This document shows, piece after piece, positions 43,601 through 56,168 of a stretch of 64,000 nt of DNA. Source of the DNA: a virus (lineage: Duplodnaviria; Caudoviricetes); IMG/VR virus record IMGVR_UViG_3300029305_001134, positions 36,080-100,079 of that record, one strand, 5' to 3'. The position numbers and the translations under genes were made by a program. The number at the start of each line of letters is the position of its first letter. Positions within the stretch are counted from its first letter, which is position 1. Under the pieces are notes generated by a model. The model worked only from the letters and a program-made list of their open reading frames with translations, ran no database searches and was not told where the DNA came from.

Positions 43601-45183
43601 ATACGTAAGAAGTATAGAGAAAGTTGTAAAAAACACTCGGTAGCCCTTCGTACCGCAGAAGAACAAACACGTAGAATGCATGAGGAAAGAGATAATCTTA
43701 CATATAAAGAATTCACGGACCTTTCATTCAGTACAAAAGAATTGTTATCAGAGGTCAGTAGATTAAGTATTGAAATAATGATTTGGGATCAAGCTAGGGA
43801 TATTTGTCTCGATATTTTAAGTGAGGAATTAGAAAATGAAGAACAGAGAACCGATGGGTAGAGTGATATTTAAAGATGGACATGAGGAACCAATTGTGTT
43901 TTATCGAATGTTTAGCATAGAATATGTTGAGTTTTTTACAGAGACTGGAGCTTTTTCGTATGAAAACTTTTCAGAGCCTAAATTTTACGAACATGAAGTA
44001 TTAATAGCTGGGGATCAATGGGACGACTTGTGGACTGAACGTCATGATATTGCCTACATTGAAATGTATTAGAAAAGGAGAATAGAATTATGAAGGACAT
44101 ATACACGAGAATAAAGATCCGTATTATCGTACAAATAGTGACGAACCTCTTAGAAGATTGATCAAACATAAAATCGATGAAGTATTAACTGAACATCAGG
44201 ATAAAATTGTAGAACTTGCAGCTACTATGTTGGCTGAGAAATTGGTTCGAACTAAAGTAGTTAAAGAAAAAGCTGCTAGTGTTGCTGAGGCTGTATTAAT
44301 GGAGGCGTAAAAAATGAAAGTAATTAAAAATGTAACTGTTGAACTTGGTGAGGAAGAACTTAAACTAATTGTTGCAGAGTATATGAAGAACGAAGGATAT
44401 AATGTCGAACCGCAAAACGTATCATTCAATCTCGGTACCAGATGTGTTGGTTATTTTATGGACGAACATGATGAACTATATTTTAAAGGTTGTACTGTTA
44501 ATTGTGTTATGAAATAAGGAGAAGAACTATGAAAATTAAGAAACAATTATCGGTTTATCTGAGCGTCAAAGAAATAAAAGACATCATTGTGGAACGCTTG
44601 GAAAAAGAAGGGGTATGTGTTGAACCTGGCGATATTAAATTCGTGATTAGTACCGATATGTGTAGTTACGATAAAGAAGTTTTTTACACTCATGAATTAA
44701 CCGGATGTGATATTGTACGAAATATTTAAGGAGAAAAAACTATGAAAGATCAGGAATTATATTTAAAAGGAATGAACGATTTACATGAAGCTATGAAATG
44801 GTATAGAAGCCAGGGCAATACTGTTATCGCAAAAATATTCGATGGGCATTGTTATGCAGTTGCATATACATTAGATGTTTATAAACCACAGGACTTTGTC
44901 AATCGTATCGAGAATTATAAGAAAGAACAGGCGAAACCTAAGCTTGGGGATGTGGTGGAGATTGAGCTTACTTATAATGAACGTATTAGAGCCATATACA
45001 TCGAAAAACTGGGAAGTTGTGAAATTGTTGTTCTTACTAACGGATGTGGTAAATATAAGACACGTACTTTAGTTATGGAGTCCATCAAATCCATCACCAA
45101 AACCGGAGAACATATTGATATTCAGGGGATGCTAGATAGTCTCGCGTAAAATTCTGTTGCTCTTATAGAAAGGAGTGATGGAT

Positions 45184-45447
45184 ATGCGTATTAGAGTACA
45201 AACCGACGATATTGTTATGACGGTTTATGAGGTGAGATATTTTATAACTCAAACAATGGTATTCGACGGCGCATACATGTCAGTTGAAGATTTATTAGAA
45301 TTAACAAATGGTTCTTTATTGGATTTACCGTTTGAGAATACAGGATGGTCTTTATCTGCTACAGGTATGCCTTCGGTTAAAAACATTAGTAAAGATGTTA
45401 TTGAAATTTCACCAGAGCCTGTAAAAGGATATTGGAGATTTTGGTAG
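45184..45447 (+). CDS. Cassette hypothetical protein
   Basis: Motif at 45142; hairpin GGGACTGCT/AGTGGTCC. Confidence 0.7.
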   Translation: MRIRVQTDDIVMTVYEVRYFITQTMVFDGAYMSVEDLLELTNGSLLDLPFENTGWSLSATGMPSVKNISKDVIEISPEPVKGYWRFW

Positions 45448-46829
45448 GTAATACATAACACTTAAGAAACTCAGGGACTGCTAGAAATAGTGGTCCTTTT
45501 AGTTTTATTTTTGGGAATATTTGGGAGAAAGAAAGGAGAAAAATGATGTTTAAAAGAGGTAATATTGTAGAAATTATTCGTGGATATGAAGGTAGCATTA
45601 ACGATCCAGACGTAGGAAAGATTTGTGTGGTATATGAGTCTAAGCAGGTTGGAAATGATATTCGTTATGGCATTTTGGAGTGTTCAACAGGTCTTGGTTC
45701 TGCTTGGTGGTATGAAGATCGATTGGAATTTGTAGCCGAAGGTGGAGAGGAAGAGATTCGTAAGGTGCTTGAGACAAGAAAAAGAAAGGTTGGGTGATTG
45801 AATGATGATGCATGTGTATAGCAGAAATAGTCCAACATTTAATAAATTATCCGAATATGATCAGAGAATAGTTTGTCATATCGTCAATGAAGTATGTTGT
45901 TCGTTAGAATATGCCGCCGAATGCTATTTAATGTTCGATAAAAACGTTGAAGCGACAAAAAGATATATCCGAAAAGAATTATTAGGCGCTAGATATTTAC
46001 AGCGCAAAGGATAAGAAAGGTTAGGTGAGAAAGATGCAGAGAGTTGTGAATGAAGAAGATGAATTGTTCTATTATAAATTGCTGTATATGGGGTTGTAGG
46101 AGAGGAGAAGAGAATAATGCATGATAAATTGACAATCGATTATGAAGTATTTGAAGAGGAATGTATTAGAGTTTTAACGGTTGGTCGTGGGGATGAAGCT
46201 TTGTGGCAGTTTCATGGCGATGAGGCTGAGGCGGTGTATAATTTCTTGACTAATAGAGTTTCAGCTATTAATAAAATGGTGACTTTTATTGAAAAATGGA
46301 GTGGTAAATGATTATGAGCAAATTAATATTTAAACAGACTAATTCGACTTGTCCAGAGGTTTATGAAGTCATTTGGAAACTTGATGAAGTATTAAAACAT
46401 GTGGGATTAGTTTCTTTACGTTTTGGTAAATTGACAGTGTTTTATTTGAGTATAGATACAGAACCACAATTGATATACGAAGCTTCTGTTGGTGATGAGT
46501 GGACTGGCAGATTTACGGATTATGAAGAAAAAATGAAACACTTTGAAGCTATTGAGAAGAAGATTTTGGAATTAGTGGAGGGGTGAATATGGAATTTTTA
46601 TTGTTATTAGGATACGTAGTTATAGCCGTCATCGTTGCTGGAGCCTTTAATCACGTTAACGAAGGAGATCCTGCTGGTATAATGATGGGAATATTTTGGT
46701 TCTTAAGTTTACCATTATTATTGATAGTATTGATATTTATGTGTTTAAGTAAGCTTGGACATATCATTGGCGATTTCTTGTCGTGGTTGTGGTGTGATGT
46801 ATTGGGTATGTAGAAAGGATTGATATTTT

Positions 46830-47129
46830 ATGAAGAAGAAAATTTTAGCAATTATATTGGGTATTATGCTCGGTGTCTCACTTGTTGGATGTGGTGGTAA
46901 CAGTCCTGAAAAAACGAGTGATGATACATATGAATATTTATTGATAGGTAATCGAAAATTCGTAGAAATCGAAACCAGCGGTGGTTTACTTGAACATTAC
47001 AGTTGTATTTATGTAGATTGTGAAACTAGAGTTCAATATGTAATGTTTAATGGCGGATATTATGGATCTATGAGTGCGTTATTAGATGCTGACGGAAAAC
47101 CTATTTTATACGAAGGAGAGTTGAAATGA
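46830..47129 (+). CDS. Lipoprotein
   Basis: LVGC lipobox; VD.ETRVQY, LLDADGKP. Confidence 0.75.
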   Translation: MKKKILAIILGIMLGVSLVGCGGNSPEKTSDDTYEYLLIGNRKFVEIETSGGLLEHYSCIYVDCETRVQYVMFNGGYYGSMSALLDADGKPILYEGELK

Positions 47130-47579
47130 GATATGTGTTTATGTGTATATTCTTAGTACTCATGATAGGATCACTCATTCGTATGTGCTCTTCTACAAAT
47201 GATTGGGCTAGTGAACGATTATGGTCAATAGCGGCTTCTATTAGTGCCACGATGTTAATTGTATTACATGCTTTATAGAAAGGATTGATATTTTATGAAA
47301 ATTGGTTTTGTATTACCGAGTTGTTCTTATAATATCGTGATATCGAAAGAGGAACTTGCGGGATTACTGGAAAAAGGTCATGCTCTTATACATGTCGGTA
47401 GAACATCTTGTAATACTGCACGAATAATAGTAGACGAAAGTGGTGATTTTAAATATATCGATAAAAAAGTGGTACCTAATAATTTGCAGATCCATTTAGA
47501 CGAACCAGTGGTCGATTGTGAAAAAGGTTATTGGCCCGTTCAGTTTTTGAACATACATATTGAAAGTGAGGATTAGATT

Positions 47580-48200
47580 ATGAAGAAAATTTTAGTTGTG
47601 GTAGATATGCAGAATGATTTTATTACTGGGCCTTTGGGAACACCAGAAGCTGTGAGTATTGTGGATAAAGTTGTGGAGAAGATTCGTGGGGAAGAGTGGG
47701 ATTGGATATTCGTTACCGTGGATACTCATTCTCCAGATTATCTCGATAATACACAAGAAGGTAAAAAGTTACCGGTTGAACATTGCATTTCAGGCACTGA
47801 CGGATGGAGACTGAATAGCAATATCGTAGAGGAATTAACCAAGCATGTTGATATTTACGACGAATATAGAAGACCTAAAATTGTTGCGAAAGATACGTTT
47901 GGTGCTGAAGAGTTGCCTAAAACTATGAAAAATATTATTCCGTTTTACAAATCACACGATTACGAATGTACCTTCATAGGCGTTTGTACTGATATTTGTG
48001 TAATCTCCAATGCTCTGTTATTGAAAGCGCATTACCCTGAGATGAGGATTGTGGTGGATGCTGCTTGTTGTGCGGGGACGACTCCTGAGAAGCATAGAAT
48101 GGCGTTGGAAGTTATGAAAAGTTGTCAAATCGACATCTTGAACGAAGTGAGTGGAGATCAGGTGGATGTGGTTAATTATATTCCGGATTGTGGGAGGTAA
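47580..48200 (+). CDS. Isochorismatase/nicotinamidase-family cysteine hydrolase
   Basis: VVDMQNDF, DTH, HC, GVCTDICV. Confidence 0.9.
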   Translation: MKKILVVVDMQNDFITGPLGTPEAVSIVDKVVEKIRGEEWDWIFVTVDTHSPDYLDNTQEGKKLPVEHCISGTDGWRLNSNIVEELTKHVDIYDEYRRPKIVAKDTFGAEELPKTMKNIIPFYKSHDYECTFIGVCTDICVISNALLLKAHYPEMRIVVDAACCAGTTPEKHRMALEVMKSCQIDILNEVSGDQVDVVNYIPDCGR

Positions 48201-48392
48201 AAGTTATGTATAAAAAGAAAAATGATATGAGCTATGAAGAGTTCGAAGGGGCGTATGACCATATCGATTATGATGAAACTCCTCGCTATAACGGAGAGGA
48301 TGAGGACTGTGATATTGATTGGGGTTCTTACTACGGTGATTTCGGGTGATTCGCTAAATAAACAACTTCTTTAATAGAAAGGAGTGATAAAC

Positions 48393-48767
48393 ATGAGTGT
48401 AACTATGGAATGCAAGGTGACGTTTGAGTTTACCGGAAAATTAAAAAACTGTAAATGGAAACAAGAACGAGTTATCAGAGACTTTTTGAAACAACGAGGT
48501 TTATTAGTTGATATTCTTAATAACGGGATTATAGATAATCTCAATAAGGAATTTGATGTTACTCATAAATGGTATGAGGGTATCTATTTCGATAAGGATT
48601 ATAAAAAATTCATACAAGAAGGTCAACAGAAATGGGCCGATATCGTTAATAAAAACGCAGGTACTGATATCGACGTCGAGTTATTTATCGATGAAGACGG
48701 TGATATTTACGGTAAAACGACACACCTACGAGAGATCTGTGAGATTCACATGGGTATCAAAATATAA
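48393..48767 (+). CDS. Cassette hypothetical protein
   Basis: Motif at 48350; downstream hairpin. Confidence 0.7.
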   Translation: MSVTMECKVTFEFTGKLKNCKWKQERVIRDFLKQRGLLVDILNNGIIDNLNKEFDVTHKWYEGIYFDKDYKKFIQEGQQKWADIVNKNAGTDIDVELFIDEDGDIYGKTTHLREICEIHMGIKI

Positions 48768-50447
48768 CAATTAAGGGCTTAGGCAGAAATGCTTGGGCTC
48801 TTTTGTTTTTAGTGGAGGAATAAAATTATGAGTAACAAAGTGGCAGTTATATATAAATATAGAGCCAATATAAACGACGATAATTATACGTTGGGTAGAC
48901 TGGTTACATATATTAAAGGTGACGTGATATCGATAGATGAACTCAGAGAAACAGAGGAAATGATATCTAGATACAGAGGAGTTTACGGGTATCCATTAAT
49001 CATTAATGTGTTTCCAGTATGTTGATGGAGGAATAAAATTATGGATAAAAGTTGGAAATTACAATTTGAAGATTTCGTATCTGGTAAACCTGAAAAAAGT
49101 GGGAACTATGTGGTTAGAAACAGATATGGAATGTTAGGAACTGACGATTATACGACTAGTTACGGAGGAATGTGGTGGAATAGCGCTAATGATGGTAGTA
49201 CGTTATATTCACCTAGTTCTTTCCGTGAATTGGGGAGTTATTAATGAAATCAATAAACAACGACAAACCATGTAAAAGAAAGAACTGTCCGTATTATTAT
49301 ATACATGGATATTCTAAGAGATGTGAGAGTTGCGATTGGAATCCAAAATGTGTGTGGACTGTGAGGAGGAAGAAAGTATGAGCTGTAATGGATATTTAGA
49401 ATCAGGAAAAATACCAAGGCGTTATTTCTTATATCTATGTAACAATATGCGCAAAATGCACGGCTTACCAATGAGGAGACGTAGAGCTTTGGAGAAATAT
49501 GAAAGAAAGTATGTGATTAGGAGGATTGCAGAATGATCAGAATCGTAGTTACAGAAATGCCAGAACATCCTAAAGATTGTCCTTTTAGTATATATGGATA
49601 CGATCGCGAGTGTTATGAATGTAAATTAAAAAGAGGAGTTAATGATACATGTGATTTGGAACATACGAAAGAGTGTGAACATCTGGTGGCGCCGTTTAAT
49701 CTACCAAGAACTGAGGAGAAAATGAAAGCGCACAATAGCACTGTATGTGTAAGTAATAGATTAGAAGCTGGAAAGAAGTTTATTGATTGTCGTCATTTAT
49801 GTGATATGGAATGTCCGTATAAAGTATATTAGGAGGAATAAATTATGACAAGATATTTAAATGATATTAGTGATGTAACCGCGTATGTACGACCTAAATT
49901 ATGTAAATATTATCATCCGCATATGAATACTATAGGATCTTATATTAATTGTTTGTATGAGATCGAAGATGGAAAAAATCAAAGTTATCGAGAAAATCAA
50001 TTTAGGGATGGGATTTAATGTTTTATGTTTATCATTGGCTGGAGTAATGGCAGTCGAATCGTTGAACGGACTGTATAAGCTTAGCATTAAAATGAAAGCA
50101 GATAAATCGATTAAAGAAGCTGCTAAAGTGATTAAGACGATTGATGAACTTTCAGAGTATTTTAACAAGATTAAGAAAGAAACTGAACAAGAACAGAAAG
50201 GAGAAGAGGAGGCTCAGTAATGGGTCTTCTTTTCTTTTAGAAAGGAGATTAATATGAAGGAACAGAAATTGAGACTTATATATAATTATTGGAATGCTGA
50301 AGGGACTAAAGGGGTGGCGAGCATGGATTTTACATACGATGAATTGAAAGAATACAAGTTCGAAAATTTAATGTGTTTAGAAGAATTTATCGCTAAAAGC
50401 AAAGGATATGATTCGGTAAAAACTATATCTCAGGGGATAACGGTGGT

Positions 50448-50840
50448 GTGATTATGAATAGGGAAATTCTTTTTAGAGGTCAATGGGTTAGAAATGGTGA
50501 ATGGGTTTATGGACATTATGTCTACAATCCTATATCCAATGAGCATTACATATTTCACGAAACGATGGTTGCAACAACGGTAAAACCAGGAACAGTTAGT
50601 CAGTATATTGGGTTGAATGATGTTAACGGTAATAAGATATTTGAGGGTGATTTTGTTGAGCAGCATTATCCTGATTACGACGTTAACCATTATTACAATA
50701 AACATAATGGACTTATCGTTAATTACGGATATGGTTGGAAAATTAAAGATGGAGATATTAGAGAAGTTTATGCCGGATTTGCGACTGTAAAAGTTATAGG
50801 TAACAAATGGGATAATCCGGAATTAGTGGAGGAGGAATAG
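50448..50840 (+). CDS. YopX-family protein
   Basis: REILFRG, QYIGLND.NG.KIFEGD, VIGNKWDNPEL. Confidence 0.88.
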   Translation: MIMNREILFRGQWVRNGEWVYGHYVYNPISNEHYIFHETMVATTVKPGTVSQYIGLNDVNGNKIFEGDFVEQHYPDYDVNHYYNKHNGLIVNYGYGWKIKDGDIREVYAGFATVKVIGNKWDNPELVEEE

Positions 50841-51278
50841 TTATGGAATATTATAAAATTTACAGTCATGTAGTTTGTGATAATTGTGGTGGGGTTATAG
50901 GTTCTTTTAACAGGAGTCCTTTTATTTGTGAACAATGCGGTAAAGAATTTGACATTGATAATATTAAACACGACTCTTTTATGCTGAATAGTAAAACAGG
51001 ATGGATATTTCCAATGGTGAAGAAAGAGAAAGGGGATTAAGATATGGGATTATTTAAAGATTTTATTATTTGGACAATATTTTACATAGCATGTACAAGT
51101 ATGGGTGCCTATACGATTTCGTCTGGTATAAAGTATTTGAAAGAAAAAGCGTGGTTTATGCTTGGTTTTGAAATATTCATGTTTTTGTATTGGGGTGGTT
51201 TATTTATTGTTAAATGTATTATACCACTCGCGTAAAAAACAACTTCCTTTATAGAATAATATTTAGGAGGATTGAATT

Positions 51279-51512
51279 ATGTTAAAAAACTTTATTAAAT
51301 TGGTGTGGATGCAATTAGTATACAAATTCTGGAGAGGATTATTTAACTTAAGTCAGAAACTATCATCGTATTATTACGGTAAGGGTAATGGATTTAAAGG
51401 TAAATATATTTCTCGATGGGGTTGGTATGCGTTTGGGTCACGTATGAATAAAGCGAAACAAAAATTCCGAACATATGTTCAGGAGAGTAGAAGAATGGAA
51501 GTCTATAACTAG
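51279..51512 (+). CDS. Cassette hypothetical protein
   Basis: Motif at 51228; AGGAGG RBS; hairpin overlapping the stop. Confidence 0.7.
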   Translation: MLKNFIKLVWMQLVYKFWRGLFNLSQKLSSYYYGKGNGFKGKYISRWGWYAFGSRMNKAKQKFRTYVQESRRMEVYN

Positions 51513-52901
51513 GCTTCTTTTCTTTTTATTTATGTAGATATTTAAGAAAGGTAAAAGATTTATGAGTAATATTGTAGAATGTAAATTTAAAAATGTGGAA
51601 GAATTCTTAGAAAAAACATATAAAATGGTTGGGGTAATGGGCTATCAGTATCAGGCGACTCGTCCTCGTGTGGTTTGTGCCGATGGATATTCTGTTAGTA
51701 TTCAGGCTGGTAAGTTTTTGTACTGTAGTAGCGATAGGGGACTTCGTGAAGATAGTAAGCGTTTCGAAAGTGTCGAGTTAGGTTTTCCATCCGTAGAAGA
51801 TGAATTAATTAACGACTTAGCCGAAGATCCTGAATGTCCAACTGATACAGTTTATGGGTATGTGCCTGTTAGATTGGTGAATAAATTGATGGAGAAACAT
51901 GGCGGTATTTGGGGAGTAGATTTCCGTAATACGAATGAGGTTTGGGATTTTAAGAAAGGAGATTAATATGAGAGTTACTATCGACAAATGTGATAGATGT
52001 GGAAAAGAAATCGGGAGACCTTGGCCTACTAATCCGATATATACTGTGGAAATCGATGGTCCGACGATGTTTAGTGATAAGAAATACGAAATATGTGGAG
52101 ACTGTAAAAAGATGCTTGATATTTTCTTCAGTACAGGGGTGACAGAAAATGATGATTAAATTATATAGAGAGTTAAAGGATTGTAGTGTGACAATGAAAA
52201 CTTCACCAGCTGTTTTGAGTGACGGTATGTATTTTGAATTCGTAAAAAGAGACAAGACACATCCTGCGCATATTGCTGACTTTGAAACTTTGGAAAATGA
52301 ACCGGAGATGGTGGAGACTATATTGATTTGCGAGTTGCATGATTTCTTACATAGATATTTTGGGATTGAGTAAGTGGAGTGAGTTGTGATGGATGAAATA
52401 ATGATGTTGCTGTGGTTACATAATATAGAAATGGTTATAAGAAAACATGAGTATAATAGTCAGTTAATTGTAGTTAAATTTCTCAAAAATAGATGGACTT
52501 GTGGTCCTTATCAAAGATGCAAGGTAATCGAAATAAATGTTAACGAATTAATAGAAGGGAAAGTCACCTATGTTGAATATTTACACCGTAGTTTATTGGA
52601 GTTTGTTAAGGAGCTAAACTATGAATAAATTGATGTTGAAACTTATGTATTATGGTATCAATATGACCGTGCGTCCTAGTGATTATGATAAATATATTAT
52701 CAGATTTGAGAAACAACAGGATTGGCCGTATAAGAAATCTCTTGAATGGATGGAATATCATGTGAATTGTCTAGAAGTCGATATGTGGAAAGCAGATTGG
52801 GAATGTATATTAGAAAAGTATTTGGATAGTTTTATTGAGGAGTTTCGCGACCAAAACTAGGACTCTTATGACAAAACATTTATATTATAGGAGGGAAATA
52901 T

Positions 52902-53336
52902 ATGAAAGTTACATTGGAATTGACAGTTGAGGAATTTGAGAGATTGCTTGGTGGAAAGAAAAAAACTAAAGAAGACAAGAAAACCGAACCAGAAATTGCC
53001 TACAGTCAGTATGCGAAATGTTTTGATAAGACGAGTAACGTATGGACTGAAGATCCAGAATACAACTTAATGTTCTTAAAACACATGGAGCTATATGCTA
53101 GTAATGTTTTAAGAGTTAAGGGACATGTATTCTTGAACGAAGTCTACGAATGGCTGGGATTACCAAAAACAAAAGCGGGACAGATTGTAGGATGGAAATT
53201 GGGAAAAGGTGATGATTATGTCAGCTTTGGGTTAAACAGTTTCGATCCGCAAGTATGTAAATTCATCAATGGCGAAAGTAATGTAGTAGTATTAGACTTC
53301 AATGTAGATGGAGTGATATTAGATGAGCTTGGGTGA
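52902..53336 (+). CDS. Cassette-borne C-terminal fragment paralog of 19123..20079
   Basis: YSQYAKCFD...FLNEVYEWLGLPKTKAGQIVGW...LDFNVDG. Confidence 0.8.
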   Translation: MKVTLELTVEEFERLLGGKKKTKEDKKTEPEIAYSQYAKCFDKTSNVWTEDPEYNLMFLKHMELYASNVLRVKGHVFLNEVYEWLGLPKTKAGQIVGWKLGKGDDYVSFGLNSFDPQVCKFINGESNVVVLDFNVDGVILDELG

Positions 53337-53405
53337 AAACCTGGGCTCTTTCTTTTTCCACTTGAACATGGTGAGAACAGTTGATATTTAGAAAGGAGAA
53401 AAGTA

Positions 53406-53848
53406 ATGGAGGAAGAAATTTGGAAAGATTGTGCGGGATATGAAGGTTTATACGAGGTTAGTAATTTAGGAAGGGTTAGAGATTCAGCATCTAAGAGTAT
53501 CATGAAAACTTGGGTGAATAGATGTAGTAATGATCGAAATTACATCATGGTGTATTGGATGATAAATTACTCGTTATACATAGGGACGGAAATTTCGAGA
53601 ACTGTTCTGTTGACAATCTGATAGTAATCGATAGAAGTAGTTATTATTGTTCGGAAGATATGTTCCCAAATTCAGACCATTTCGATAAGGGGATAAAAGT
53701 CAGATGCGTTGAGACCGGTACTGTGTATTATTCGGTGAGACAGTGCGCGTTAGATTTGGGTGTTGCTTGGTTGACTGTTGTTAAATGCGCAAAAGGTGGT
53801 ATACCGCAATTAAAAAACGGTTTGCATGTAGAATTCGTGGTGGATTGA
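53406..53848 (+). pseudogene. Degenerate NUMOD4-HNH endonuclease split across two frames
   Basis: EIWKD..GYEGLYEVSNLGRVR in one frame; HRDGNFENCSVDNL and VRCVETG in another. Confidence 0.7.
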
Positions 53849-54693
53849 TATTTAGAAAGGATAAACGTTATGGGATATTATAGTAGTTTAGTGGATACGC
53901 CTGTTGAAAAAATTAAAAAAGACGACATTGCGGTTTTGATCAGAGGTCTTCGCGGTGAGAGTACTGAGGCAAAACGTGGTAGAGCGATCAAGAAAACAAT
54001 CGATGCTATTGATTTTTACTATGAAGATAAAGATGGTTCATATAGCGATTTTATGCAGTTGTGTATGGATATGGCGATTAGTTTACTCATGGGATGTGAG
54101 GGTAATTTGAGTAAATTGGATCGTTGTACTGTTTGTTCTGAAGCTTTGAAATGGCTGGAGAGACTCGATGAGATTATTGCCGCTAAAGATACATTCAGAA
54201 GAGAGAAAATGTTAAGGAGGGGTGAGTGATAGTTATGACGTATATGGATAGAGTAGAACGAGTTAGATATTTAAAATTAGCAGCTGAACAGATCAAAGAA
54301 AATGCTGAGAGTATCGTTGGAACCGAGGATAGTCTTATGTCATTCGATGTTACTATTCGTATTAATCCCGGAGAAGCCCCTGTCATTGATGTTTATAAAG
54401 AATTGAGGGTAAAAGGATGAATATTATGGGTGAAAAAGTTATACCGGAAGAGAAAAAGAAGTTGCCTGCTATGCTGTATGCGATTCGTGACGATGATACT
54501 GGCGAGCTTATTTGGAATGCTAGAGGATATGCGTATAAATCGTTGAATAAAGCTATGAGAAAAATATTTGAATTAAGGGTGGCGAATCGTGAAAAGAGAT
54601 ATTCGTTGGTCATGTGGCGTCTAGACGATTATTGGTTGGACGGAGTATTTAGTACAGATATTGTGGAATTTACAAGTAGAAAGGTAAAGTAAC

Positions 54694-55197
54694 ATGGAAC
54701 GAGAATGGAGAGTAATTAGTTGGGCTCATAATTATGAGGTTAGTAATTATGGAGAAGTGAGAAGGGTTGATACGAAGAGATATTTACGTGGAAGTAAAAC
54801 TACGTATGGGAATTTGAATATATCTATTCCGGATGATAATGGTAATGAACGTAAGAGGACCATTGCTTCAATAGTTGCTGAAATGTTTATCGAGAAACCT
54901 GTTGCCATAAAGGGAAACATTATGGTTATGCATAAGGATCGAAATAAACTGAATAATCGTGTTGATAATTTGAAATGGATTGGTAAATCAGATTTTAATA
55001 GAAAATATGTTACTCGTGGTCAGACATTCGGTATGACATATAATCGTACGAAAATAAAATGTGTTGAGACGGATATCGTGTATGACAATATGGCTGAGGC
55101 TGCGAGACTTATGGGTATAGACAGATCAGGTATAAATCGCTGCGCTAACGACCCAAATCGGACATATAAAGGCTTTCATTTCGTTAGGGTGAGTTAG
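54694..55197 (+). CDS. NUMOD4-HNH endonuclease
   Basis: YEVSNYGEVR; HKDRNKLNNRVDNLKW. Confidence 0.85.
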   Translation: MEREWRVISWAHNYEVSNYGEVRRVDTKRYLRGSKTTYGNLNISIPDDNGNERKRTIASIVAEMFIEKPVAIKGNIMVMHKDRNKLNNRVDNLKWIGKSDFNRKYVTRGQTFGMTYNRTKIKCVETDIVYDNMAEAARLMGIDRSGINRCANDPNRTYKGFHFVRVS

Positions 55198-55757
55198 TCT
55201 TCGGTGGAAATGAGAAAATCGATTCTAGGGGCAAATTTGGGGCTTGTAGATAGGTTCTGTGAGGATAATGGGAGAAAAATATATGGTAGATAAAATATTA
55301 TACGAAGGTGATGATGTAGTAGTTAGACTACCTTGGGATCAACTCGTGATGGAAGGACATAGTGCGGCCTTTTGTGAGTGTGGTTATGTGCTACACATCG
55401 AAACACCTGCTATTAAAAACTGGTATACAATTAAATGTCCGAAATGTGGTTTTGTAATCCAGCTGTATTGTGGAAAAGAAGGTAAACATCTGGATATGGC
55501 TATGGTAAGAAGTTGTTTGTAGGAGGAAAATATATGAGAACATTTTATACAAAAATTAAACCTGGAACTAAGGTAGCTATTCGTGGGGTGATTAAAGGTA
55601 CGATGGGTGCGTTTTGTGGCAATGTTACGTCACTCGGGAATGATGTTTATAAAGTTAGATGTGGTGAGGCGGAGTATAAGAAATTCGCTGATTGGGTTAA
55701 GGAAAGATATCCTAGAGTTTGTATGTTTGATTATAAGATGTAGGGAGGTAGTAAAAA

Positions 55758-56132
55758 ATGATTAAACGTGATAAAGATTTTGAAGATATGACTATCGATG
55801 AAATGTTGGAACTTTATAGAAATAATAAGACGGTAACTAATAGATTGGAAAGAACTAAGGACTTATTAGGTGAATGTGGATTAGAAAATACCACATTGCG
55901 AGAAAGACGAGAACTTAGCGGTACTGAAGCAAGATTAAAAGAACGCATGGAAGTTAATATTAAAAAGACTATAAGATATTTAAAGCAAGGATTGTCTCAG
56001 GCTGAAATCGCTATAGAATTAGGAGTTGGGGTTAGTCATGTTAGAAAACTGATTGATATTATTCGTACATCGGAAGAAAGACGTATAGCAATCGAAGAAG
56101 CAATGTCGCGTGGAAAACATACTCCTTTATGA
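55758..56132 (+). CDS. HTH protein
   Basis: GLSQAEIAIELGVGVSHVRK. Confidence 0.7.
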   Translation: MIKRDKDFEDMTIDEMLELYRNNKTVTNRLERTKDLLGECGLENTTLRERRELSGTEARLKERMEVNIKKTIRYLKQGLSQAEIAIELGVGVSHVRKLIDIIRTSEERRIAIEEAMSRGKHTPL

Positions 56133-56168
56133 CAAATATTAAACTAAAAATTATAGGAGGATGGAAAT

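Noticed and set aside
49879-49903. CCGCG..TTATG as a motif copy
   Set aside because: Spacing is 15 rather than 16, it lies inside an ORF, and there is no downstream RBS
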